Shown here in pieces: positions 37,652 through 49,038 of a stretch of 64,000 bases of DNA. The DNA comes from Lama guanicoe (taxonomy: Eukaryota). Location of the stretch: contig MU053472.1 of NCBI GenBank assembly GCA_013239625.1, forward strand, positions 1,116,001 to 1,180,000, in the 5' to 3' direction. Each line of letters starts with the position of its first letter. Positions within the stretch are counted from its first letter, which is position 1. The notes beneath the pieces were generated by a model. That model made no database searches. It saw nothing but the letters and a program-made list of their open reading frames with translations, and was not told the origin of the DNA. A program made the translations under genes and the position numbers.

Positions 37652-40600
37652 TCACCTTACTTCTTTAAACCTGCTAATTAAGTGTTCTAGCATCTTCTCT
37701 GAATTTTTAATTTCCCTTCCAGAGTACTATTTTGTTGATAGCTTGTTCTCTCAAGTGGTATTGCATTTAGTAATATTTTTTTGCTGTTGTGATTTTTTTT
37801 GTTGTCGTTATTTCAAATCTTACTACTCAAATTTGTCTCCCTTTCCAGGTTAGGGGACGGTGAGTAAATGTTCCAAAGCTACTGTTTTGTGTATTATGGG
37901 CAACCAAGAAAGGAGCATGTGCTTGGAGGCGGAACCCCAGAGTTCACGGGTGTAGAGAGGCGTTCAGGAACCTAGCTCCCCAATCCTGCTTTCAGCACAG
38001 GAGGGCCACTTGCAAATGATTTCTTTTGAAAACCAATGCTTCAAAACCGAGACTGAAGTTAGGGTTAAAATACTAATGAATTTTAGCGACGGAGCCAATA
38101 GAGCGTGAAAGCCTCGGAAGGGCCTCTGAAGCGCCAGATTGAGGCCGATTTAAAAGGCGGACTTGACGAGACTTAGACCCCGCGGCGGTGAGGAGTGAGG
38201 GGAAGCCCCCCTCCCGGGAGGACCCCACCTCCACCCCCTACCCCTACCCGGCTTCCCACACGGCTCCCCGCACTCACGGAGCACATTTGGGCTCCGAGTA
38301 CCTGGTGCAGACATTTGTGCTCAGGTCACGTCGGATGGTCTGGCTCCACGCCAGGCCCCTCCCACCGCCCCGCCCCCGCCTTGCTCCAATTCCAAACCAG
38401 AGCCAATCAGCGCCCAGTGACTCTGGGCAGGGAAACCAATCGATTGGTCCTGCCTTGCATTCAAGACTGCAAGTAGAGCGTCGTGCCCTCGATCGGTGGC
38501 AGGTTCTGGGCCCGAGGCAGGGACCGTGCTAAGTTCGAGGACCTTGCTCGGTGGTTGCCTCTTGGGCGGCTGGGAGGTCGAGGTTCCTTCGCGTGGGAGG
38601 AAATTGTCCTCGAACAGTTTATGCCCGAAAAGAGCACTATCCCAGGCCCTGCCCCTACCTCGCGGTGTGACTTGGGAGTGGGTCGTGCATTCTCTCTGTG
38701 GCTGTTACTCCACCTATAAAATGAATGAGTGGGATAAAAACGGTCTCTACAGTCTCTCGTTTATCCTGACCTTGCAAACCCAGGATCGGCGGCGGTGTGT
38801 GTGCGGTGATGTCAGTGGTCTCACCTGGGGACCATCTGAAGCTTTTTCAGCAATAACACTCACTACAGCCAGGTTTTCCCCAGTTCAGTTTTCTGAGGGT
38901 GGAAAGTGATTTTCCCAATTCGTTCATGTCTTAAAAAAAAAAAAAACAACTCTGACGTTGGCCCTCACCTACATTGCTATGTGATTTGAGACAAATTACA
39001 GCCCTGTCTCTGGGCCTGTAGCCCTATCTGTAAAATAAATTCAGAAGGCCCGAGGTCCTAAGGTCCTCCCAGCCACATCATTTTCATAACATTGCCAATA
39101 CATCCTACAACTGAATAAACCCAGATCCTGGCAAGCTGCCAGGTCAGAGGGCAGTCATTTGATGGAGACACTTCCCGGGCTATTCTGAGCCATTGGCCAG
39201 TAGGAGCTCACCTTTCCTCAGTCTTTGCCACCCACGCTGAGTGAAGTAAGACAAATCTCCTTCACTGACAAATATTTGTTCAACTCCTACTGTGTATTAC
39301 TATGTAATACTGCTGTGGAGGAGACAGCTTGGCTCCTGACCTGAAGAAGCTCAGGGCCTCGGGGTTGAGAGAGACTGACCAGGGTAGAGAAGAGAGATCT
39401 GCAGAGTGACATCTGCTACAAATGCCTGGAGCCTGGGCGGAGAGCCTCGCATTTGCTGCCCGGTTTAAAGTGTTGGAACTAGGACATTTCAGGCCAAAGG
39501 GGTTGTACAAACCTCACTGGGGTGTTCAGGGTGGGTGGAATCAGAAATTCGAGGAGGCTGAAATAGCAAGGAGGTGAAACCCTGGGGCTGCCTGTTAAAT
39601 GGACGCAGGCAGAGATGAGTTGGACAGCGGGGTGTGACAGGTGCCTTGAATGCGAGTGCAGGAAGTGGGGCATTGTGTCTAGATAGAATCATGCTTAGTG
39701 GGAGCCCTGGGTTTCATTCTAGCCCTGGGATGAGGAGGGGGGACCTGTCAGGGTTCCTGAGCCACCTGCGCTCGCGCTCCCAGAGCCGTAAGTTGCAGCT
39801 CACACGAAGTGACTCCGCCTCCACTTTTGTCCGCTCTGACCCGGGTCTGCACTCTGACAAGGATGTCCCATGACCCACCCCTGGAGGCGCTGAGGACGAG
39901 GCGGCTGCAGGAAGGCCCTGGCTGGGAGAAGACTCTGCTCCCTGGAGGTGTAATCTGAACCCTACAAAGGGCCATTTACACGGTTCCTAGAAGTCCGTAA
40001 CTTCTTTCTAGGTCACCAGGTTAGCGCAGCCCATCGCTGTGCCTCTTTCCCCTGAAACAGCACTTCCACACCTCTATTTCCCTTCAAGAGGTGCCCTTAT
40101 CTTTCCTTTTAATCTGAGGCGGGAGGTTGAGGTTGCATGCCTGGGCCTGCGAGTGCCCAAGGATCTGTCGCGTTGAGCACCGGAGTTTCAAGCGCTAAAA
40201 TTCCGGACGGGAAGGAGGCCAAAGGGGCATAACCAGAAGTTGGCCTTTAGCCGCGGGCTCAACGGTCCTGGAACACGATCCTCCCCAGGCTAGCTCGGCT
40301 CCGGTTCCCTCCTTCTTTCTCTCCCCCTCTTCTCAGACCTCAAACTCTGCCCCGACCCTCTGAGCACAAGCCCCACACAGCCTCTGGGGCTTGAGGCCCG
40401 GGCCCAGGGGCTCGGCCCCGCCCGGACCTTCCCTCTGCCTGGCTTCCTACACTAAACCTCGCAGTAGGGGAGTGGGGCTCTCACTGCCCCTACGGGGCTT
40501 AAATTTGCACCTCGAGGTGCTGTCCATGCTGTGGTGCTGAAGCTCCCCAAGCCCTCCACCACTACGAGAAGCCGCGTCCCCTGCTGCAGTCTCTGCTCAG

Positions 40601-41099
40601 GATCCGACCTGAATTCCAGGCCGTGTATACACTGGTCCAGTAACCAGCATGGACCATTGTCTACCTCAACAGTTTTGCTGGTTTGAACTAGAGGCACGCA
40701 GGAACTCCCAATTTGCCTGAGGAGGCTCAGAGAATGTCCATGACCTGATCAGATCCAGGGACTACGGGAGGGATGGGCAAAACTCGAATCCCATGCTCTG
40801 TCCCGGCGCTGGTAGGAACTCACACACTATGGACATAGGCCTTGCGCACTCCAGACCTGTCCTGATAATTGTGTGGGCAGACGGGGAAGGTTTTCCTCTG
40901 TTTCCAGGGACTCAACTTCCTTACAGGTATCCAAGCTGCACAGACCCTACTATCTGCGAGGCAGGAAAAAAAAATCCCCCTCCCATGCACCTTTCACACA
41001 GTGAATATAACCTCCTCTAACTCTGGGTGACCCCCAGCTCATGTCGGCGTCCCCATCCGTGCCTCCCAAAGTCTGGGCAAGGAGGAAGGTGCCAGCTGT

Positions 41100-41750
41100 T
41101 CCCAATGTAGAGTGCTATAACTTCCGGTCCAGATCTTTGCCCTTGAGGGTGTAGATGAAGAGGTTGCCCAAAGAGTAGTGCGTGATCGCAATAGTGGTAA
41201 TGCTGGAAAGCATGAAGAAGATACAGCTCCTTGGTGATGGGACTAGTTCAGAAATAAAGGACTCAGAAGGCACAACGAACAGCCAGGATGCCGCGCTTGT
41301 GCGCTCAGCCCAGGCCTGGGAGGGCCCTGCTGCACCTGGGCTTCCACGGTGTCCCTGCAAGGTCTTCCAGCGCGGCAGCGCAGAGTCTTCTTGCACCTTC
41401 TGATCATCAGCCCGGGGCGCAGTGCGAAACCAGAGAGTGCAGGCGGAAGTCTGCAGAGCAGGGTAGCAGGTGCAGTCCAGCACGTTCCAGGCGAGCGGAG
41501 CCGGTGGCAAGCGCCCAGCACTGCCAGCAAGGCTCCCGGCGGAGGCTGACCGAGGTGGCGGGCGCTCGGGCTGAAAGTGGCACGCGCCGCGCAGCCAGCT
41601 GTCAGGCAGCGCTGCACGGAGCCGGCGGCGCTGTGGAGGTCTAGGCGCAGACCCGCACCTCCAACTGCCGGCTGCGGGAGAGGCCTTTGAGGACACCGGC
41701 GGCGGCAGCGCGGAGCTGTGGATTTCGAGCAAGCGAGTGTGGAATGTTTC
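41100..41750 (-). pseudogene. Decayed class A (rhodopsin-like) GPCR exon, TM2 to helix 8 (copy B)
   Basis: Motifs in the correct order across shifting frames: IHSSALP (TM2), RQLEVRVC (ECL1/C3.25), SVQRCL (DRY-like), ALLAV/WALA (TM4), GFALR..LMIRRC (TM5), WLFVV (TM6), SLGNLFIYTLKGKDL (NPxxY + H8). Strong acceptor TTCTCTTTTCTCACAG at the start. Clear homology to 28.5-28.9 kb. Confidence 0.72.
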
Positions 41751-41894
41751 CTGTGAGAAAAGAGAATCCAAGCTAGCGGAAGACTCCACAAGGGGCTGCT
41801 GGTCCACAGGTTCTCAGAGGCCCCCAGCTGATTGCCCAGCTGCTTCCCGGACAGCCCTGGGAGGATGAAGACTCAGCGAGAAGAGGGCACATCA

Positions 41895-42033
41895 CCGCCC
41901 CCGGATACAAAATGAAAATGCAGAACCCCTCGCTCAAAAATGAAGATTTTCGAGATGCCGACAGCAGAACATTCAACCAAGCACAGCCCTCTGTGCAACT
42001 ATACAAAGTCCCATGCCCTTGAAGCCAGCCCTG
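41895..42033 (-). mobile_element. MER45-like hAT MITE
   Basis: caaaatgaaaatgc..cagcagaacatt..ccaagcac..catgcccttgaagccagccctg resembles the recalled MER45A reverse complement. Confidence 0.6.
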
Positions 42034-42452
42034 CCCCTACTGCATGGGTCACATTAAACTTTACCCTTCAAGGTTAACTTTGGGTAAAGTTACTAGAGCA
42101 GAACCGCAGCCCTCTCTTCATTCTTTGCCATAATAAGGGAGGAGGCAGGGCAGACTGAGCTGACCACTCCACATGTACCCACGTGTAGCCCATATCAGAG
42201 GTGGCACGTGAGCTATCTATGCAGCCTTGCTAAATCTCAGCTCCTATCTGCAGCCCTGACACCTTCATCTTTCCCCAGGACATGGGGGAGCCAGAGTCAT
42301 ACCTGAAGGAAGTGGCTAGGGTGGGGTCTTTAGGGGACTTGCTGACATTCTCAGTTTCTTGTCTCAGTTTCCCCTCTGATATGTAGGCGTAGGTCAGATG
42401 TTAAATGAGCTTGCACATGGTAGTAATATCCTGGAAGTCTCCTGAAGGGGGC

Positions 42453-42849
42453 TGTTAAACACAAGGCAACAGGCCCCAAATAGAGTCACTTAGGCTAAGC
42501 TACTTACTGTCCAATTGAGACTTAACTTAACTGTAGTTCCAGCTCTCCCCCAAACAAAATCTTAAATCAGTCAATCAGGAATCTCCTAACCAGCATGAGT
42601 TTGGTAATCTGCCTCATTCTGAATGACCCCTGCCATTCCCCAATGGAAAGTCCTTGCCATAAGCAATCCCCCCCTTTGTCTAGTATAAACTCCTTGTTCC
42701 CTCTCTCTCTGCCTGTACAAGTCTTTCCTTTTGTACAGCACCTCAGAGCTGGTTTCTGTCTGCAAGATTGGATGCTGCCCAATTCATGAAACATTGAATA
42801 AAGCCAGAGAGATCTTTAAAATTTATTCAATTGGATTTTTTTTTTAACA
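42453..42849 (+). mobile_element. Solo ERV1-type LTR
   Basis: TGTTAAA...TTTAACA ends, TATAAA ~42684, AATAAA ~42797. Confidence 0.75.
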
Positions 42850-43028
42850 AACAGAGCTAAAGGTCTGGGTATAAAGAACTGCTTTTCAACTCTCTTAATG
42901 CTATTTTATTGTCACTAAATGACATGCTCCCCCAAACTGAAAAAGAAACACAAGGAAAGACAGACTAATCTACAGCGAGGGAGAACTTCGAAACTGTAAA
43001 AGTCCCAGAGCAGTTGGAAGATAAGGGA

Positions 43029-43043
43029 CAGCAGAGGGCGCTG
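43029..43043 (+). promoter_or_regulatory. CTCF-like motif CAGCAGAGGGCGCTG
   Basis: Match to the CTCF core consensus. Confidence 0.55.
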
Positions 43044-45597
43044 TTGTTGTGCAAACACACCCACAGGAGGAGGGCCCCACCGCACCCCACCCAGGCACGG
43101 ATTTTTTTCTTACACATCTCTACCCCATAAATCTACACAGAGATACCCTCCTTACCCCCTTAACCCTATCCGCCTCATAGTCTCTATCTTACAAGTACTT
43201 CAGAGGTCAGATTAGAATTCCTGACTCAGAGTCTAACTGGCCTCTGGGGGTCTCTTGGACCCTTATCCCACCTCCAAACTATTTTCATGTACTGATGGTA
43301 GTTCTCAGTGAGGCACTGGGGCGAGGATCTGAGACCCCTAGTTTCCTTCCCCAGCCTGTGGCCCTGACTCTCCAGTGGAAAGATGTTCCATGCAGTGTTA
43401 TTTACAATGGAAAGTAAACTGAGGACACAACCTATGTACATTGCAGAACCACAAGGTGACAGTCGCAGAGGCTGTGAGGCAACATGGACTCATATTAATA
43501 TTGAAATGTGAAGGTTACAAAGCAGGACACTAAATCCTTCACAGTGTCAACAGTGTTTTGCATATAGATAACGATCAAAAGAGAAGTTGGAAAAATTAAA
43601 CAGATGGATTAAGGTGGGGTGGATGATTATCCTCTATAAATTTTTTTCTTTAAAATATGCTAAACCGTAAAATGGTTACCTCTGGGAGATAAGGTTATCA
43701 GTAGTTTTTTTTCCCTGCTTCTTCCCAAATATCCTACAATGAGTAGGTATCTGGATAACCAGAGAAAAAGAAGTTCACACACACACACAACACACACCAG
43801 AAAGAGGCTATTCTCTTCATGGTGTCACAGCATTAACTGAGGAGGGACTGTTCCCTTTCCCCTCAAGGCTGCCTATGTGATTCTCCCCTTTTTCTCCCTA
43901 CTTGGTTCCACCCTCACCACCTTCTTCAGAGGTCCTTCCACCACAGAGCAGAATATATAGGAATGCTACACTTGCAAGATCCAAAGCAGCTCTGATTCCA
44001 GCCTCCTGCTGTTGTGACCCTGGGTGCCTGTGGCTGAGACACTGAGAGGGGAGGGGACAGCCATGGGGGAGTTTTCCTGACTTCTATGCAGGGTGGGAAC
44101 AGGACATATGTCATCTCCATTGCTGGATTATTCCATGCTTCTTGCTGCTTCTTCCAGCTTTTATTATTTCAAAATGTTCAGGAGCAGAAGTTTCCATCAA
44201 ACTCTCTACTGAAGAGGCCCCTAACCTGCCCCTGGGATAGCTCTCTCTCTGTTCCCCCTTCCTGCTCACCCAGCGTTCTCTCTATAGACCAGAAAAATAG
44301 GGAAGGCGTGAAGATGAGGGGAGAGGAACTGTAGCTTCCACGGATGCTGGCAGGAGAAGCGCTTCCTTGTCTCTGCTAGAACGTGGCAGAGATCCAGGTT
44401 CGGGAGTGGTGGCGCCCAGGCTACTGATTAAACACTGTTTTGCATGTGGGCTTAATCTCAATATCCAGGGACACAAAAGCTGGAGTCTCTGCAAACATTT
44501 CCTTGAATCATCTGTTAATCAAAAGGGGCTCTTGAGGGTACAGAAAGCTGGGGGTTCTAATGAGAGGGAAGTATATGTGTTGGACAGAATGAGATGGCAC
44601 GGGGGTGGGGGCAGGAGACTCGGGTTCAAATCCCAGTTCTGCTCTTTCCGTGCTGGGCAACACGAGTCACTGCCCTCTCTGAGCCTCAGCTCCCTCCTCT
44701 GGAACTCAAAGAAGTAGTCTGAGGATCTCTGTTCCTTTCTAGGACCGAGTGACTCGGAATCTAAAAAAAAATGACACAGGCTCACACAGACACCTCATAT
44801 CTGCGTGGCCTGCTGTTGTCTATGGCAGTGTACCCCTAATAAACTCCTTTACTATGCTCCTCCTTCATCTCTGGTAAATTCTTTTACCAACCCGAGTCAC
44901 TGGCTCCCCAGCTCCCCAGCCTGCTTGTGTCCCACAATGTTCGGTGGCCCATACGTGGCCAAGACGCCGAGGGAGCCCCCTTGGCTTCTCTCTCCCCTCC
45001 CTGTGGGATCTCCCCCGGCTTGATCTGACGCTCTGTTCTGGAACAGGCTTCCCTCTTCCCTTTCTGCTTTCCTTTCTCATACCTTCCTGCCGCTCTCTAG
45101 CATTCAGGAATTTCCTGAAGTCTTGCTGAGGTTCAAGGAACCCTGGCTGGGCTACTCTCAGCAGGCTCTGAAACTCAGTCTGACAGACAGAAATGAGCCC
45201 CAGCCCCTAGTGGTGAACACACACAGGAAAGAAAGCTTTTCTTTTCTAAATACCCTTCTCTCCATCTCTCCATTCCTCTGACTCTGGCCCTTGAGATGCT
45301 CCTTGGTTCTCAGGCCCAACCACGTGGTGCACCTCTGTGCCTTCTCTCTGTGTTTTGCAGGTCACGCCTCCAGTTGGCCAAGCCTCCTGCCTTTGATCGC
45401 CCATCACCGAACCAGGTAGAAGTCGCAGTGGGTGAGTCCCCCTCCCTTTTTTCCTTTGCTTTTTGGTCCTTTGTGCCGGCTTTTCACCTGGTTTTGGCAC
45501 TTGCACCGGTGGCTTCTCTTTCTTGGGGTGGCCCAAAGTAAGAGGACGCTGGAAGCTTAGCCCCTCTCTGTAGGGTAGACCACCCCGGAACGGAGTC

Positions 45598-46161
45598 TGT
45601 GCTGGTTTTGAAGTAGAATTAATAAAATGGCCACATACAGGCTAACAGATTGCTTATTCTTATGCTTGCCCTTAAAACGGTCAACTAATCTGACTGGCCG
45701 GTTGCTACTCACAGCTCCAGGCCCATTGTTAAAACTAAAGCTATTAATTTTACTGTTTCTGCTTTATGCCAATAATCGAAAGCAATAATCATGCTTGGTT
45801 TCTAAGTTGTTCTCCAGGGAGGTCGCAGAACTGTAACCTTACAGAGTAGGCTGAATACCAAGAAGACAGATAAAGATTGAAAAGGTGACAACTGCTAGCC
45901 TCTATAGAAGTGTTCCCCTAGGAGGCATCATGATGCATGATGACGCCATTCTAAGTCTTCTGATGAGAAAATAATTCTGTTGATCGTTATCAATGCTTTA
46001 TTGTTTGAGCCACGGCTATATAATCACCCTACTCCATCCCCAAGGGGGTTCACAGTTTTGAAGGCAGCAGCCTGCTGTGAGCCCCCTTTGCCTGGCAAAG
46101 CAATAAAGCTATCTCTTTTCTTCTAAGCTCCAAGACCCTGTCTCTGAGTCTTTCTGCAACA
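45598..46161 (+). mobile_element. Solo LTR nested in the ERV leader
   Basis: TG...CA ends, TATA (ctatataa ~46016), AATAAA ~46102, unrelated to the host LTR sequence. Confidence 0.65.
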
Positions 46162-46195
46162 GTTTCCTTCTCTCTTTGATACCTCCCTAACTACA

Positions 46196-46651
46196 ATGGG
46201 AAATGCTTCTTCTAGTCCCCAGGACTCACCATTGGGTTGCATTTTAAAACACTGGGATAAGTTTGATCCCCAGACATTAAAGAAAAAGCAGCTTAGCTTT
46301 TTCTGTAATGTCACCTGGCCCCAATACCAACTTCCAGATCAGGAGACTTGGCCCCTTCATGGGACTCTGAGCTACAATCTTAATTCTTTGCATCATAAAG
46401 TGGGCAAATGGTCTGAGGCTCCCCTCTGCTCAGGCCTTTATGGCCCTCTTCCAAAATTAAGATCTTTGCAAAAATTGCCACCTGTGTCTCTCCTGATTCT
46501 TGGAGACACCGCCACACTCCAGTCCTCGGGACCCAATGATCAGTCAGACTTCCTAGATGAACCCCTTCTCTCTCAGGCTCCTAACAGCCATCAAATCCCT
46601 TCTCTGTACCCTTCATTGTCTCAGCAATCGGGAGGAAATATCGAGGTCTGA
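46196..46651 (+). pseudogene. ERV gag matrix remnant
   Basis: MGNASS (myristoylation-type start), SPLGCILKHWDKFDPQTLKKKQLSFFCNVTWPQY..WP..GT.. typical of HERV-W/ERV9/HERV-H-like gag. Frameshifted afterwards. Confidence 0.85.
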
Positions 46652-47257
46652 GGTTTCATGATCTTATGCAGAATTAAAGTTAATGCAGTTGTTAGGTTTA
46701 TGGTCAACTCCCTATGTCCAGTACTTCTGGGTTACCTTGGTGGATTTCTTCACTCTAAGGATCTAGTCGTTAGGCCCTTAGGAAATGTATTGAGAAGAAA
46801 GAAATGATAGTTCTGTTCAGGCCCCTAGTGAGATTACTAGGTGGGATTCCCTCACCTGGTCAATTAATCCCTGCTCTAATCCTGCCCATAGATTTGAATT
46901 TTCTTCTGAAGTTACTCAAGCTCAATCAGAGCAACAAGTAGCAACCTGAAGCAGTAACCAGATACACAGTGTTACAGGAGATTTGTGATTATAAAAGTAT
47001 AACTCTAGATGTGGGAAGAAGTAACAAGAGGGAATATCTTCTTGGACCATAACTGACTAGTAAGACCGGTGGTCCAGAAACTTTACTACTGTTAATAAGA
47101 ACTAGTCCTGTAATAGCACAGCAAGTGGCCTGTCAATGAAATCCTCGCCTGACCTAGGAATGAGCGCTCCTAGTTCTGTGGGATGAAAAGGTCATGAAAT
47201 GTCTCCCAAGCCATGGTCAAATTTACGATGATTGATGATTGATGACCGATGATCGAC

Positions 47258-47883
47258 TGTGAGGATGACACAGAAGGGAAGGGGGGCAGAGCATAGCCAT
47301 TCGAGGAATGGCACAGCAAGTAACATCAAACTGAGTCAACTCCCAGTAGGTCTTGAGGATTAAGATGGTGGGATATATGACTTCTAGTAGACTCTGAGCT
47401 TCATTATACTCTCACTGTAACATATTAGCATGGTAAATAACATGCCCACAGGCACCATGACAGTCCCAAGGCTAACCATAAAAGGTCAAAGAGTGGGTGG
47501 TGGCCCAATTCTTGGGAATCCCAGCCTCTTCCCACTTGTAGGTATGTGAAGCTACTGAGCCCATAAAAACTGGCGACACTGCCCTTCACCGCCTCTCACT
47601 CCCTCCTCTTCAGAGGTGGCCCACACTCTGTCTATGGAGTGTGTACTTACTTTTACTTTAACCTGAGCACCCAACCCCCACACCTCATGGCCTTTCTCTT
47701 GCCTTTTGAAACAGCCTACCCTCTATGCAGTATGTATCTCTCTAAATAAATCTACCTTTACTCAACTTGAATTCTGTCCTGTGCAAAGCCAAGGACCCAC
47801 ACCTGGCGGGGCATGTCCTAGGGACTCAGTCCAGACTTGTGACACGGCCCCCCTCATGCCCCACATCCGTTTTCCCTGCATCA
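47258..47883 (+). mobile_element. Solo LTR nested between gag and env remnants
   Basis: TG...CA ends, CATAAAA box, AATAAA ~47745, ERV1-LTR-like U5. Confidence 0.65.
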
Positions 47884-48189
47884 AGGGCATTTGCCATCTG
47901 CCTCCACAAGAGTTAAGTCGCAAGCCAGTGAAGTCGCTGATCTTCAGCGCACCCTGAAAGGAGATCGGGGGTAGGGGGGGAGAGCAGGAATGAGGCACTC
48001 TGTGCTCTGGAAAAGCTGGTGAAACAGGCCTTCAGAGAGTTAGATATTCTCAGGAAAAGGTTTTATGAGCCCGAATTCTTGCATCTCCTCATATCTAGAA
48101 AAGCATTAAAATCACTGATGGTGACATCTACTTTGGCCATTAAGGAGAGCGGTCGTGCAAAACCACACTGCTCTTGCCATCCTTGTGCC

Positions 48190-48360
48190 AATGTTTATGG
48201 CAAAGTAGTCACTAAACAGGTCTCTGACTGGTTCTCCAATGCCTTTTTCTGGATCCCTGAAGGGATCAGGTCTTTCTTTGCAGACATTCTCAAATTTCTT
48301 CTCGCTGTTTTTACTGGGTTTAGCTATTTGTCATGGTATCCGCATACTTTTGAGTTGTAT
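48190..48360 (+). pseudogene. ERV env transmembrane-subunit remnant
   Basis: DWFSNAFFWIPEGIRSFFADILKFLLAV: Trp-rich membrane-proximal segment plus hydrophobic anchor, located just before the 3' LTR. Confidence 0.55.
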
Positions 48361-48672
48361 TTATTCCTCTTCTACAGAAATGATTGTCTCTCTTTGAGGT
48401 CCAAGAACTTAGGAACAAATGTACCCCTCCTACCAAGATTGCCACCATGAACCAAACCAACATCCTGGTGATGCAGCCCTTGGAAGCCACGGGGGTCTCC
48501 TTCCGCTCTCACCTTTAAGGCTGCTGGGATGTTGGGGCCCCATATTCCCAGACAGACTGCCACCATAGGCAGAGACAGTGTCACACCCCACATTCAGCAG
48601 GAAGTAGATACGGAAGATGAGAACTCTGCCCCTGTTCTGAAGACTTATCACTGCCCATCTGTCAGGTGAGAA

Positions 48673-49038
48673 TGTGGGTCCAACTGACATCCTTCGAAGT
48701 CCAACGACCCCCCAATTCCTGGGCTCTCAGATGTCTGCCTGTGATCCCTTAACAGATAAAGTACATTCTTCACTGGGCATCTTGGCCCTAACAAACGAAT
48801 AGCCCTAAGTAGTGCCTAATCTCACAACAGCTCAGGCTGGCTTGTTTCAGCCCACCTTACCTGAGTCATAAACCCCAATGCCCTTCACAGACCCTAAATG
48901 TCTTACCTCACCTACAGCCAATCAGAGACTTGTGCACAAGCCGATCAGGCATCTTGTGACCCGACCTTACAAAAGACCCCAACAACTCGGTGCTCATCCG
49001 TGTTGCCCTAATAAACTCCTTTACTATTCTCCTCCTTC
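48673..49038 (+). mobile_element. 3' LTR U3-R of the ERV (no U5)
   Basis: TG start after purine-rich GGTGAGAA, CCAATCAG box, AATAAA at 49010, ends 23 nt later in an A-run. Confidence 0.75.

Larger units (their letters stand above)
44779..49038 (+). mobile_element. Class I (gamma-like) ERV with mRNA structure R-U5-PBS-gag...env-U3-R, flanked by a 16-bp duplication
   Basis: 34-nt R block repeated at 44834-44867 and 49006-49039 (33/34 identical). tRNA-Ile-like PBS at 44942-44959. gag MA and env TM remnants. A9TGACACA at 44763-44778 and 49039-49054. Confidence 0.85.

Noticed and set aside
41115..41807. 230-aa ORF as an intact protein-coding gene
   Set aside because: Non-ATG start. The GPCR motifs are spread over different frames and the NPxxY proline is lost, so it is treated as a pseudogene
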